64,000 nt of DNA from Euglena gracilis. Lineage: Eukaryota. Below, piece after piece: positions 23,304 to 36,945 of the stretch; within the stretch, counting starts at the first letter, position 1; every line of letters begins with the position of its first letter. Under the pieces are notes generated by a model. It did no database searches and was not told the DNA's origin. It saw nothing but the letters and a program-made list of their open reading frames with translations. The translations under genes and the position numbers were made by a program. The stretch spans positions 4,516,714 to 4,580,713 of the forward strand of contig CP154954.1 of assembly GCA_039621445.1 (NCBI GenBank). Direction: 5' to 3'.

Positions 23304-26290
23304 CGCAGGTTGCCACTTTGATGCCACCTTCCATAAGCAGTCAAGTAACTGCACTTCAAAAAAACCACATGTTTGGTGAAGGCTCCAAATACAAATTATG
23401 TGTGCAGAAATACGACTTATATGACTACACAAAAAAATATGCCACTCCCTGCTTGGAATCTTCCTTTGGGAGTGAACTGCCCCATTTAATTGCGCGGTGC
23501 CCAAACTGGTGTGCGGTTGCCCAAATAAGTATCACACCCATGAGGGTCCGAAACGTCGGTCCAATAATGTGCACACCCCGTGCACTTAACCCCCCCTTGC
23601 CTATCGACCGGGTTCCTACAACCCCCGACCAAGGGGGTGGGCATAGGCACCCCCTTACCTGCAACCCTCGACTGGGGGTGGTCGTTGTCCAGGGGTGGTC
23701 AGTGGGCAAAGGGGGGGGGGTAAATGGGATGGGGTACAGTTGGGAAGGGAAGAAAAAACAGAAACAACTTTGATTTTGGGGAAGTGTGGGAAATACTGCA
23801 ACCAATAAACAATGCCAAACTTTGGGTCGCATGCGTGGGGAAAAATGACAGGGGACGTGCATGGGCTTTGCGTGGCAGTCTCCTGCGGGGAGGATTCCTT
23901 TGCACAGGAGGCCTCTGACTGGGGGCCCCGATTTTCTTTGTTGAACGCAGGCCGCCGCTTCTTTTCTCCAAACCCCATTTGTTTGTCAGCAAACCGGAGG
24001 CAACGCTGCTCAGCCGCCCTCAAACATCTCATGTCGTGCAATGGTTTCATGTGTTGCAACCATCATTTGAGAATACGTTGCTTTCCCTGTGTGCAACATA
24101 TGTGTCACGCAACACACAAATGTCCAACGCGCCAACACACACAGCTGCAAAATGCCACTCATAAACCCGCCCCTCATGATAGAAGCATGGGCAGTGTCAA
24201 AATAAAAGCACCCCCCCCCGCCACCGAAGGCAACGGCCCACTCAAGCACACCCGCATTTTGACAGTAATTCTGAAAGGAAATCAACAAAAATCAGACAGG
24301 TGGTCTTGGAGGCGGAGGTCCGCTAAGAGCGCACCCGCGCTTCAATTGAGGGGGAACATGCAGCACCCTCGCCCCCCTGACCCCCTGACCACAGGCACCA
24401 AACCTTTCGGCAGGGCAGAACGGGAAGGCCTGGTGGGGTGGGGACAAATTTCTTTAACAAATCCGCCTGGCGCCGAAGGCGCCGTGAAAAATTTGGGGGG
24501 GTCAGAAATTGGTGCTCCCGGGAATACGGGGGGTGGGGGGGTCGACCCCCCCTCCACCCACCACCCTGGGCTGGGTGTTTGGCCAATTCCCGTTCTGCGC
24601 TGGCACTCGGAGGGGCCCACACCCAGGCAGGCAGATGGGGATGGCGGGGGGCCCGGGCAGGTACCGCACCCGCCGCAGCACGCCCTCCTCCCAGTCCTCC
24701 ACCACCACCTGCGGCGACGCGGCGAGCACCGCCGGCGCGGCCAGGCCGAGCTCCGTCAGGCGCCGGGCGACGGCCGCCACGTAGTAGCTGGGCCGCAGCA
24801 GCGCCGTTGACCGGGGGGCCCCAGGCAGATACGGCCGACCCCCCAAATCAACTTTTTGGGACCCGGGGGAGGGGGGGGGTCCAGACCCACTCACCCACCC
24901 ACTGGGGGGAGGAGGGAGGAGGGGGGACCACTTTTGGTGGCCGATTTTCGGGTCCAATACGATTCGGTTTGATTCTCAAATAAACAAAGGAACCTAACAA
25001 TAATAACAACAGCTGCTGCAAGCACAACAATAACAACATCAACAACAACAACAAAAATTATAATTATAAAATAATAATACTAATAATAATAAGATAATAA
25101 TTATTCTAATAATAAGAATAATAATCTAATCTAATAATAAAGAATAATATAAAATTTTGCCATTTTGAGGGGAAGCGTGCTTTTTGACTTTTCCAAGATG
25201 GATGTTGAACGGGGGGTGAACGATGGCGGGATGTGTGCATGGAGACACCGCTGGAGTTGCGTTGAGGACCGCCACGTCCACCCCCAGGTCGGTCAGGTAC
25301 TTGAGGCGCTGCTGCAGCGTCGGCAGCTCGATGTTCAGGATGTTGGGTACCTCGTTGAGGGCGTCGCCCACCCGGATTCCATTGGATTGCAGGAGAGTGT
25401 CTGCAGGGCACAAGACGAGGTCGGCCAATGTCAAAAGCAAAGGAAATATCAGTGTCTTTTCCTATTAACTTTAAAAGAAACAAAAAATGCCAAATGGTTG
25501 CCTATTGTCGGGGCAAAGAGGGGGTGTGAAGATGGTTTGGTCGGCGCCAATATGTGCGAATTTTCTGGGGACAGAAAGTCAAAATCAATAAAACCTCGGG
25601 TCGACAGCCAAATCGCAAAGTGGAACGCTTTCTTCCTATTATTGTTGCCGATTCTAAAAATCAATCAAACAAACAAAAACCCCCATCATTTAACGCGCCT
25701 GGAGGGAAATAACGTTCCTTTTCGAGTTATGATCCCAGATTATTCGCCCGCCCAAAAAATAGTCGAGGCATCAAAACTTCCTCAAAAGGCAGGGTGAGGA
25801 CGAGGCCTTGTTTGTAAAATATCCGCCACGCGACACAAACCAAGGAGTCCCAATGCAAGGCCCGGCACCGTTACCCAACGCCCTCCGTTGGTCGGTCCGC
25901 AGCACCTCCAGCAGGCGCCGTACCTCCCCCGCTTCTTTTTCTAACAGCCGCGTGATGGCTAACAGAGCGCGGTGGACCATTCCCATGGTCTCCCTAACCA
26001 CCTCTTCCCCTCCCCCCCCACTTGGAAGTCGTCGCCGAACAGGTTTTCGGGGATCACATTGTCGGCGGGGGGAACACATATTTGTGCGCACACGTTCATT
26101 TCTGTGTGTGCATACGTTGACAGGTGTATCTAAACACGTACTCTGCGCCCATACAGTTGGCGAGTACAGAGGGGGAGGCAAACCTGCTGAATAAAAAAAA
26201 ATATATATATATATATATATAGAGATATATATATATATATATATAGAGATATATATATATATATATATATAATAGATATATATATATATA

Positions 26291-26334
<44 letters not shown>

Positions 26335-26348
26335 TATATATATATATA

Positions 26349-26392
<44 letters not shown>

Positions 26393-29300
26393 TAAAGCCA
26401 GGTTGGTGAGTACAGGCACAGAGGCCAACTTTCGGGCAGGACTGGCAGGATATTAGATGACAGGGAGGGGGGTGAGTTGGGACCCCATTCCTCCCCCCTT
26501 TTATCGGCCATTTCGGTCCATTTTTTGATCGTTTTGGCCAAGCATTATCAGCTTTTGTCCATTTATTGCCGCATCGTCAAAATCAATATCTAGCATCAAT
26601 TTTAATTCATTTTGGGCTGTTTAAAAAACCATTTTAGGGGGCCATTGGCCTTTTTCAACGCCATTTTGACATTTTCACCCATTTTATGGTGGTCATCCCA
26701 ACAGACTACTAAAAAAAAAGCTTCTCTCAAATATGCAAATGCAAAAAAAGAGAAAATTGATCACACAATTATTCCCAAAAGTATTGAACCACCTTTTTCG
26801 TGCTTTGAAGCCCTCCTCCCCCATCAGCGAGTTTAATTTTTTTGCAGCCGCACAAAGGGCGGATGAATGGCAACAAATTTTTGCCATTCAGGGGTGTAAA
26901 AATGGGTTAAGTATGGGATCAAATGGGTTGGAAAAGGGCTCGCCAGCTCAAATTTTGGGCGCAAAATCCATTTTTCATAATTGGCCATTTTGGGAAATCT
27001 CTTCGGTTTCGATTTTTGAGTTCCGGGTTCATTTGAACCCCATGGGGCCAGCACCAGCTGGAAGACCTTTTTGGGGGGCGAGGGGGGGCGCAGCCAGCAG
27101 CATTTTCAGACACAGAGACAGCCCAGAGCTTCCAGCCTCTGGGCTGCCCCACGCCCTGCCCCCTTCAAACCCGAGCGGGGATCCGGAACCTCCCTGGTAA
27201 CAAAAAAGAATTTTCACCACACTTTTCACTGGACAAATTTCGGAGAAAAATTTTGTATGTTTTGGGCCCATTCTTTGAAATAAAAAAAATGCATGGGAAC
27301 GTGACTTTTTGAATAAAATCTTCCAGCACAAAGCGCCAGGAAATCTTTTTGGTATACGAAGTGCAGGCAATGCCAAAAAAAATTTGGAATGCTCACCATG
27401 GAGGCTGGGAACCAGTTTTGGGAAACAAAACCAACCGCCGGTGGATACGGCTCAACGACTTAGAGTGGGGACCTGGAGGGGGGGGTTTGGACCCCTCAGA
27501 CCTGTACAAAACCCTCAAAATAATATAAAAATAATAACCCTGAGGACAAGAGTGGAACATTTTTCAATTTTCAAAAATTCCATAAAAGTTCAGTCAGGGA
27601 CCCTGACTGATATTTCAAAAGCAGCACAAAAGTTAGCCAGCAATCCTTGGGCATATTCTAGCCGAAAAGGGCCAACTACGCACCAACCTGCCCCCCCCCC
27701 CTCCCCAGAGAGTCAGCTGGTACAAGCCTCGTTGTCAACCGAAGAAGGCCGAGTAGTGGACCTTACAACGTGACAAGTCAGCTGTTGCGGGCCCCAGGAG
27801 ACAACTTATCATCATGATCGGTGAGAACCTCACGGGGGGGGGGGGGGGAGGATGCAAATTGGCGAGTACCAGTCCAAAGGCCAACTTCTGGGGGTACGAT
27901 GCGCACGCAGTTATACCTATCATCGCAATTTCCATTTGCATCCCCACGGCTGTTTCGCCCACCCTCAGGCTGGGGGTTCCGGCAGGCCATGGCCATCACC
28001 CCGGCCTCGTCGAGGAGGGAGGCAAGAGGAGCGAGGTCCTCCGCGGGCTGGAAGGCGAGGGGCAGGTGGACCCCCACGGCGGGTGGACTGGGCTGGGACT
28101 GGTTAGGCATAAGTCACGCCTCAGTTGCACGCTTGGGCTTTCCGTTTGTGCCATTTATGACCCAACCGGATGTTTTTTAGGAGGTAATTTTTTTTAGGAA
28201 TCTCACATTTGAATCTGTTTGAATCTCGGAAACTTTCGGGAAATGCCTCCACAAGGGCCGATTGTTGGGGGGTCCCTCCCAGGGGGATGGGTGTTGTGGT
28301 CATGCTTGTGCTTACCGACCGGGGGGGGGGGGGGGGGGCTATAGGGTGCCTGCCCCAAGCAGGCACACCCCCCGGGGGTGGGGAAGGGGTCCGGGGGGAT
28401 ACCCAGAAAATTTTCATTGAAAATGGCCTTTTCCGGGCCCGCGGCACCTTTGCCGAAGGTGCCGGGGTTAGAGGGGGGTGCCTGCTAGGGGCAGGCACCC
28501 CCAAAACCCTACGCCCCCCAGGGGGGGGGGGTCGGATCAGGTGCTATGGGGTGCCTGCCCCTAGCACCCGCCCCCATGGGGTAGGGACCCGACTAAGCAC
28601 AAGCCTGGTTGTGGTGTCCCCCCAGGGTCTTAAAAGGAAGCCTGGTTAATGACCTAATTGACCAAAATCCTCCAAAAGAGGGCCGAAAAGCAGCAACCAG
28701 CGTCGCTTAGTGACTCCCCAAGGCAAGGGGAGTCCGTTTCAAGGGCTGAATATTTTGGGCTGGCTGGAGAGAGAGGGCTGCCTGCTGAACAACCCCACCA
28801 CAGGAGCTGCACAGATGGGCCATTATGAGCAAAAATGTGTCCGAAAGGGATGCGCAGCTCAAATTTTTTTTAGAAAATCGATTTTTTTGTACGATTGGCA
28901 GTTTTGGGGCATTTTTACAACTTCGATTTTTTTTGACACCCTGTCATCTGCCATCTGTCACACAGTCAGAGGACCCGAAAACAAAATATCCGTTACCATC
29001 CAGACGTCCTTCGGGCTGCTCAACAGATGGAAAAACGCTCCCCGGATTGGGCGTCTGGCACTGTGAAAAGACCCTTGGCTGGCTGGATCCCCCTACCCGG
29101 AGAATAGAGCCCCCTCAGGCCGCAGCGCCGACTTGGTGGCAACAGAAAACCACCCCATTTACCAGGAAAGTTTAGGAAAGCTTCAAAACAACTGATTCCT
29201 ACCAGAGAATTTCAGGCCATCGTCCACTGGTCTCTGGGTGCCCCGGTGGTTAGCGCGACGGACAGCCCACCTGCCTGCCCAAGATGCCACAACCCCACAG

Positions 29301-32300
29301 ATGTCAGAGGTCACCACCTTGTCTGTTACCACAAAAACAACATTGTCCGGCGGCACAATGCGGTGCGTTGAGCAGAAACCGACGCCTAACTATCTAGGGT
29401 GTAAAACCAAGTGTCGCTCAGCCCCAAGGGAGTGGCTGAAGCTGCCTCGGCCTGGCCCACGGCGGCCCACGGCACGTCCACGAAATAGGACTCCAGCAGT
29501 TCCCTGGCCAGGGCTCTGTCCTCCCCCAACGGAAACATGTGCTGGTTTGACCACCCCTGACCGGATGCAATGAGGAGCCGGGCATTGACAATGGCGGTGA
29601 AACGTTGAACGGAGCGATGCACAAATGCAAGTACAAGTGCAAGTGCGTTTTCAGAAAAACTAACGAAAACACCAAAAAAATGTTACACCAAAAGAAAACG
29701 TGGTGCAAACGTGCAAAAATGAAATGTTGGTTTGCCCAGGTGCATGCACTTGTTTTTCATTATTGAACCACGCTAGTGTGAAATCGTCCAAAAATGAACA
29801 TATGCAACTTCCAGCTGAACAAGTATGAGTACGAGTACGATTTCAAGCAAGCCCCAACGAAAACGACCCTGTCACAATCCTGAAACCCAAACGCAACGGT
29901 TGGTGGGGGGGGACATGTTACACACCGCACACACAACAATTCTGCGGCTGAACCCGAAGGGTTCGCACAGGCTATCGAATGCTTGGTGATTGTGGAATGC
30001 AAAAAAACAAACCTTCGGTGTTAATACTTCCTGCCTGGATGGCGTCCCAATCTGTCGGGGAGGTGCCCCACCAAAGCTGTAAACAAAAGGTGCATGGGTG
30101 GTCGACTTCCCACCCAGAAGGTGGGGGTGGGTCGACCCCCCCCCGGTCCCAGCACAGCAAGGAAAAATCCCTTCGACACCCAAGGTGCCAAAGGAAATCT
30201 TTGACCGAGAAATTGGCGCACCTGGAAAACACAGAAGCCCTGGATGGGAGGGGTTGACCCCCCAACCAGGCTGTTTTTTACCAACCCCAGGGGGGGGGGG
30301 GTCCGGAGTGCCTGTGAGTGCCTGCCCAGGCAGGCACTACCCCCCCCCCGGATTTCGGCCTGTGCCCAGGCACATTCCTTTGAAAATAGGCCATTTTTGG
30401 CTCCCCAGTGCCTTCGGCGCTGGGGTTGTGCTAGGGCACTTTTGGCCGTGTGCCTTACCCCCCCCCGGGGGTCGGATTTGGAGTGCCTTGGGGTTCCTGC
30501 CCAGGCAGGCACCCCCCCCCCCCGGGGTGGGGTCGGCACCCGACAAAAAAAATAGCCTGCCCGCAACCACACCAACCATAGGCACCAAACATGGGGTTTT
30601 GGAGATTTTTTTGCAGCCCTGACCCCACACACCAAGGCAACGAGGGGGGCGTTGCTGTACCGGGGAGGGGGGGATCTGACTGGAAACAATTGCCGACGGG
30701 AAAAACTCTGTCGGGAAGAATATTGGATAAATCCTTAAAGTGCCGGGAAAGATTCTGGACAGAAAAACCTCGTGAACCCATTTTTCAGGAAAACACAAGA
30801 GAATTAACACCAAATCACAAGGTTTCTGCAAATCCAAACTTCAAAAAATTAATAAAATACTAACCTCCAAATCACAAAACAATGCAAAAATACATCCTTT
30901 CATTTTGAAGGCAGGAGGGGGAAATGCGCACAAAATGCTGGACAGCCCTCGAAAAAAATGCGCAAAAATGCGAAAAAAAAATGCAAAAAAAAATGCGCTG
31001 AGTTGTGACATTCCTAAGGGGAAAAAGGACTTCGAAAAATTTCCAACGATAAGCCCAAAATTAAACCAAAATCACCAAAAAGAGCTGAAACGAAGGCATT
31101 TTGGCCAAAAAAAAAATGCACGAGCAAGGCGTCACTCTCCGTTCACCATAACCAACAATGTCAGCCATGGTGCCCCATGCTTGTGACCAGGGGAGTAGCA
31201 TTCCCCCGCATTTCATCTTGCTCCATCTGCTCAGCTTCTTGGCAGCAAGCTTTTGTCCAAGAATAAAATTTCCATTGAAAAAAGCTTGGATGATCAGCCC
31301 TTGAACTTGAAGCCATTTTGTGAAAAAAATCTGAGGGAAGAATGGATAATTTGATTATTGACGGAAAGAGGGATGGATGACAACATAGAACTGTTCAGAA
31401 GGACGGTGTTCAAGAACACCAATGTCAAGTTTGTTTTTGACATATGGACAATGTGGGTAACATGGACAATGTGGACAAAACGCCTCCAAAAAGTGTAAAA
31501 AAAAGTGTGAAAATGGAAAAAATGCGCAAAAATATGCGCAAAATGCGCAAAAATGCGCATTTTTGAAAAATTGACAAAAATACGCAAAAAAAATGCGCAA
31601 AAATGCGCACCGTATTCCCCCCCCCCTTTTGAAGGATCACCACATTCTGAAAACACAAAACAAGTGACCTGGAACGTAAATACTCCAAAAATCAAATCGG
31701 TGCGAAGCGCCGAAGACGATTTTTGGGCGTTCACTTTGAGGACTTTGGATGTTCTTAAATTTTCCGGGAAAAATCCTTGGATGGATCCTTAAAAATGGCA
31801 GGAGAAACCGTGGAAAAAATTTCGTCCAGAATTTTTCCCACGACAAATTTTCCTGTTCAAATTCCCCCCCAGTATGGGGGAGAAACACAAACACGGACCC
31901 TCGAAAAACGCGACACAAAAAAATCAAAAAGCGCAAGAAACATTTTGCCAAAATTGAAAAGAAAAACGCAAAAAAAATTGCAAAAAAAGCGCGTTTGCGT
32001 TCCGCCCCTCCCCTCTCCCAGGTGGCTTCTGCGCGGCGACCGGGCAGCTCCACAGCCAGCCCTGCGCTGGGTGGCCCGCAGGGCGTCGATGCTACAAGTC
32101 CGAAGCTGCGGGCACGCCAATAGCCGCGGGCTGGGGTTTTCTTAAGCACTCCAAGGGGCCCCCGAGGCCGGCTGGAGAAAAAAAAAGGGAGCCGGCTGGA
32201 CCTCCCCAGGGGGTCGGGGGGGGGGGGGTAATCGGGAACCCCCCAAAAAGGTCAAAATTTCCTTCCGGCGCTTTGCGCCGAAATTTTTTCCATTTTGCAC

Positions 32301-35300
32301 AATTCTTTTGCCAAAAAATGCCCAAAATGGCACTTTTGGTCGTTTCGGAGGGTCAAAGATTCTCGACCCGGCGCCTTGAGCCGGGCCGAAAATCGGTCAC
32401 CCGGACCTTGTTTCGGTTGGGGCGCTGGTTGGCAGCCGTGCCACACCGGCACCTCTCAGCCCCAACCAGGAGTTTTTTTTAAAGACCGGGGGGGGGGGGG
32501 GGGGGCCCCCACCCACCCCTGGGGGGGTCCCGGGGAACCCACCCAAAAATCGCGAAAAATACCAAAAATAGCACTTTTTTCAAAAAATTTCGGTGCCTTC
32601 GGCGCGCGCCGAAAAGTACATCCCACTTCCCCTGGGGTGATCCCCCTGGGGTGGGGGGGGGGGGGCTGGTCCGGCCCCACCAACCCTTCCCCCCCCCCCG
32701 GGGGTCCACGACTAAAAAAAAAAAAACCCCTGGCTTGGAAATTAAGAAAACCGCCGGCTGCGGGGTGGACACCTCCAGCAGGTCAAAGTGCCGCAGCACC
32801 GCCTCGTCCAGCACCATCCCTGTGGGGGGCCCACCAGAATTCGCACCCGACGGCAGTCGTACAAGCTCAGTGGGAGTTGAGGCCAAAGGCAGGGGCGGGG
32901 TGGGGGGGGTTCGTGGGGGGACAGCGCAGACCTCTGTTTAGTGTGTATCAATGATACACATCGATACACAAATTTTTTGGCCGATACACACCGATACACA
33001 AATTTTTTTTGCCAATACACACTAAACAGAGGTCTGGAACAGCGGCATGCCCATGGCAACCGATTTTCAGCCCGGCGTGTAGCAGGAGAATATTGACCTT
33101 TTGCGGGAATATGGCCCGGATTTGGTCTAAATTCGGCCTAACTCTGGTCTGAAACAGGGCCCAAACTCGTCCTATAATTCCATATAGGCAACCCCCACAT
33201 ACATCTGGCCATGACTTCAACCCGGTCCCTAAAAATTCTCCAAATTTCCCGAAAAGATTGGGAACCGGATTCGCATTATATGTCCCTACCGATTGGCCAA
33301 AAATGCGACCCCAAATCAAACAAAAGCCCCCTGAGCACTGGCAGCCGGCTGCTAACATTTTGGAAAGTTGGGCTTCAGGGTTGCTAATATTTTGGGGTTG
33401 CCTGTGTTCGGAGAGTCTCTTCTTTCTGCCGTGTCAGTTAAATTCATTGCAACCAGTCAGGGGAGGGGAATCAGGGGTCAGGGGTCTTTACATTTGGATG
33501 CTGGTGGAGAATCGGCCAAAGAGCTGGGGGGAGTCAGCTGTGATTTTGATTGATTTTGATTTGATTTTGATTGTGATCCTGTGTTTTTGGCCGAGGCCGA
33601 AAGATGTGTACCATTTCTGAAAGTAACGCCAAAAGACACAGGGTCGCCGCCATTCGGGGACAAACAAATGAGCATTTGGAGTGTTGCCTCCCTGGGCAGT
33701 GTTGCGCCATCTGAGCCATGCTGTGCAGTGCACATGAGATTGAGGAGGGGCGGTGACACAGCACACACCCGTCAGGTCGGTAGGCGGTGGGAAGAGCAAG
33801 GCCATCCGAATGCGCCTCGCTTCCTCCTTCCGGTCCAGGGCTGCGTCCCCTTCCGCTGCGAGGGGGTGGCTGTGCTGGTTCGGGTTCAGAAAAGGGCACG
33901 TTTCCCATCGCCAAGCTCCGATGGCCATGGAGTCCCTCTGTCAAAATGTCCTTCCCTGTGCCTCCAATACCAAATCCGAGGCTTAGAGCGAATCTAGCAC
34001 CCCCCTTTGGTGTACCTGGGCACCCTTAAAAAGAAGGGGGGGGTACCTGGGATGAGGCCAGGTTGGCAAGGTCAGGCCCAGATTTTAGGGGGTGTCTTCT
34101 CCCTGAGCAAAAAAACAATACACATTCCCACCAAACTTTTCAAGAAGTGAAACCAAATGTATTTGGGTGGTGGTTTTCAGGCAACCGTTCGCCAAAAAAA
34201 AAGCAAAAGGTACAGGTTGGCCACGTTGGGGGCGCAGAGCAGGCCTCTTACCTCTTACGTGCCTTCAATGGGGTGCCAGGCACACCTCCCAGGGGTGGGG
34301 GGGGTCGGCTTTCGTGCTTGCCAAACCAAATTTCCCTAGAAAATGGTAATTTTCAAGCCCCACGGGGGGTGTGACATAGCACCACCCACCCAAACAGGGT
34401 TTTTTAAGACTGGGGGGAGGGGGGAGGGGGTCGGCACCCACCCACCCACCCACCCACCTCCCCCCCCCAGGGGAGGGGGTCCCGGGGGACCCACCCACCT
34501 TTGCCCGAAAATGGCCAAAAATGCTAAAAATAGAATTTTTTAAATTTTTCGGTGCCTTTGGCGCCAAAAAAAGATATACCCACCAGCCCCTACCCCCACC
34601 CCCCCCAGGGGGGAGGGGGGTCCAAGGGACCCACCCGCCCTCTCCCCCTCCCCTCCGGGGGAGGGGGTCCAAGACTAAAAAAAAACCCTGCACCCAAAAC
34701 ATCACCCTGGGGGTCGGAAGTGACCTACCCCCCTGCCTTGGGGGGGGGTGAGCTTCCTTAAAAAGAAGCCCGGCACGGAGGAACGAAGTGCACAAGTTGC
34801 AGGTCACAGGCACATGGAACCTTGAAGCCCAGCAACCCCAGCGTGGCAGTGGCCATCCCCCACTGCGCACGTTGTCAGGGTCAGGGCGTTTGTAAACGAC
34901 CCCCCCCCCGGGGGGGCTCAGAGGCTGGAAAGTTTGGGCTGGCTGGAAAAAGGCTGCTGGCTGACTCCCCCCCCCCCGGGGGTCCCGAGCTGGAGCTGGG
35001 CCCGACTTGGGGTCGAACCAGGAACCAAAAAATCAAAAATTTAAAAACTGCCAACTGTGCAAAAAAAAAATCGATTTTTTACCCAAATTTTTCCTGGCCA
35101 GCCCAAATCTGACTCATTTTCCCCCATTTTTGACCCATTTTTGCCCATTTTTGTACCTCCAAATGCGAAAAATTGAAAAAGTTTCCGTCCAGCAGTCCTT
35201 CAGGCGGCTGGAAATAAATCAATCTCATTGAGGGGGGGGAAGGGGGTCCAGGCTGGAAAAAGGCTGCTGGCTGGCAGGCCCCCCCGGTGGGTGGGGTCAA

Positions 35301-36945
35301 AATTTCTCAAGCTACACCCTGGTCCACGGCCCGTGAGACGGAGGACAGCCGCCAGGGGCAGCAGCAGCAGCAGCAGCAGCACGGACAGGACACTGACCGG
35401 CTGGCAGCCACAGTGCACTGGTGGGGGGGTTGGTGCCGAACGATGGCAACGTTCGGTGGCCCTGTGGCCCCGTTTGACCCTGGGATGCGGTGGCCATCGG
35501 TATAGACTCGGTGAGATGTGGTGGCAAAACCAACTGATTTGGGCCTATAAAAAAAACAGCCGGAAAATGACCAAAGTCACCCGAAATGATTTTTTGTTAC
35601 GGTTTTGTTATCGATGGGCACTTTCGCGGGTGGTTTTCTCCCAATCAGTCATTTAAGGTTGCGGACTGGCCAAACCTCCGAAAAGGTGTCCTGCGGCCGG
35701 GGGGGGGGATACAAATAGGGGGGGTTGTTGGACATGGGGGGGTCTGGTCCAACCACCAAAGGGGAGGGCCCTGCAGGTTGAAAGAGAGACATGGCCGCAA
35801 GGCACCGTGGGACGCCAGGCACCCCACAGACTGGTGGTGGCAGCAGCTGCGGCAGGATGTGGCGGCGCCTGTGCTCCACGGGCCGTTGGCGCAGCTGGTC
35901 CCTGCTGTGCCACCGCCTGGTCCCTGCCGTGCCCCCCCCCCCCCCGAATGGCAAACTGGTTCCAGAAACGTCCGCATCACAAGCAACGAAGAACCTGGGG
36001 CGTGCGCTTTGATAATAAATCCGTAAATAAATAAATAAAAATAAAAGAGGACAAATAAAAAAATGCGGGAAAAATGCAATGTATGCAAAATAAAAAGTTT
36101 GCGGTAGCAGCGGTAGCACACGCCAAAGCCCCAGCCGGCTCGCCCCCCAACCGCCGGCCATGCAACAGCTCGCGGCAGCTGCGTGTGAGGAAGGGTGGCC
36201 GGCTGGTGCCGGGCCCAGAACGACGCGGATGGCGGTCGGGGCAAGGTCGGGCCAGCTGAGACACTTTGGGGATATTGGGGACAGGCAGTGGCGGAGGGCG
36301 TGGAAGGCGAGACTGGAGCGGGTTGAGGGTTTCACGCACACAGGTTCCTGATATTGGTAAAGAAGGAAGAAGGAGAAGGACGACCCTGAAGGATGTTGAC
36401 AAATGCGCGTGCAGATGTGCGTACAGTTTGGAACGCTGGGGAGGAAATCTCCCCCAAAACCATCAAACTATCACAAATCAACGGCTTGTTTCGACAGCTT
36501 GAAACCCAAGTCCAAAAAAATCCCCGATCCAGGACCTAAAGGCCCAAACCCATCAAAAACACCTAGACAGAGTAAACGAACAAACAAAAAATCTTTATGG
36601 GAAGATTCTGCACCTTTTTATTCATGGAAAGGTGATCAAAACAGCTAATTTTTAAAGCACACCCAGAGGAAGAGGTGTCCATCTTGTCCCCCCCCCCCCA
36701 CTTGGCCCCAGCAAAGTAGGCCCCAACAGGCTGGGCGAAGCGGAGGTTTGATTTGCAGGCCCCACTGCAAATCCCCAAGCAATGGGCCAACATTGTTGAG
36801 CATGGGCAGCAGACAGCCCCATCGCCAGGAACGTGAGCACTAGCACCGGGATGAGCCACCTCCGGGGCACGGCCCCTAGCGGCCCACCACCGGCCCCGCG
36901 GATACGGTCGGGGTGTCCGGGCCACAACCCGGGGCTGGGAGACAT
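21437..36945 (-). CDS. mTERF-repeat protein with Euglena-type plastid-targeting presequence (many exons, model incomplete)
   Basis: mTERF-like motifs [26 protein letters not shown] (25249-25400), [21 protein letters not shown] (~24660-24800), [24 protein letters not shown] (22247-22405); last exon 21437-21595; GT-AG introns 25401-25874 and 35401-35805 are in frame. Linking the 5' exons (36945 to 34876) to the mTERF exons passes through unresolved exons at ~27975-33870. Confidence 0.7.
23150..23302. repeat. Compound (ATT/ATC/CAG)n microsatellite
   Basis: Direct reading. Confidence 0.95.
26201..26386. repeat. (TA)n microsatellite
   Basis: Direct reading. Confidence 0.97.
28301..28607. mobile_element. 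hAT-like MITE, family E
   Basis: Ends CATGCTTGTGCTTA / TAAGCACAAGCCTG; TSD GTTGTGGT 8/8; sister copy 39566-39855. Confidence 0.9.
30267..30559. mobile_element. hAT-like MITE (E-related)
   Basis: CAGGCTGTTTTT / AAAAATAGCCTG; TSD CCCCCAAC / CCCGCAAC 7/8. Confidence 0.82.
32467..32732. mobile_element. Family-C MITE (no recognisable TSD)
   Basis: Colinear with 34395-34690 and 61125-61388; flanks do not match. Confidence 0.7.
32927..33036. mobile_element. 110-bp micro-MITE
   Basis: Perfect 22-bp TIR CAGACCTCTGTTTAGTGTGTAT; TSD GGACAGCG / GAACAGCG 7/8; interior of GATACACA repeats. Confidence 0.9.
34395..34690. mobile_element. hAT-like MITE, family C
   Basis: CAGGGTTTTTT / AAAAAACCCTG; TSD CACCCAAA 8/8. 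Confidence 0.9.
34877..35324 (-). other. Nonconventional intron in mTERF gene with MITE-like body 34882-35321
   Basis: CGT G|GAC-CAGGG...CCCTG-ACCCT|GA CAA; splicing gives [18 protein letters not shown]; interior carries the GGCTGGAAAAAGG..GCTGGCTG motifs seen in the free element 58166-58575. Confidence 0.7.
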
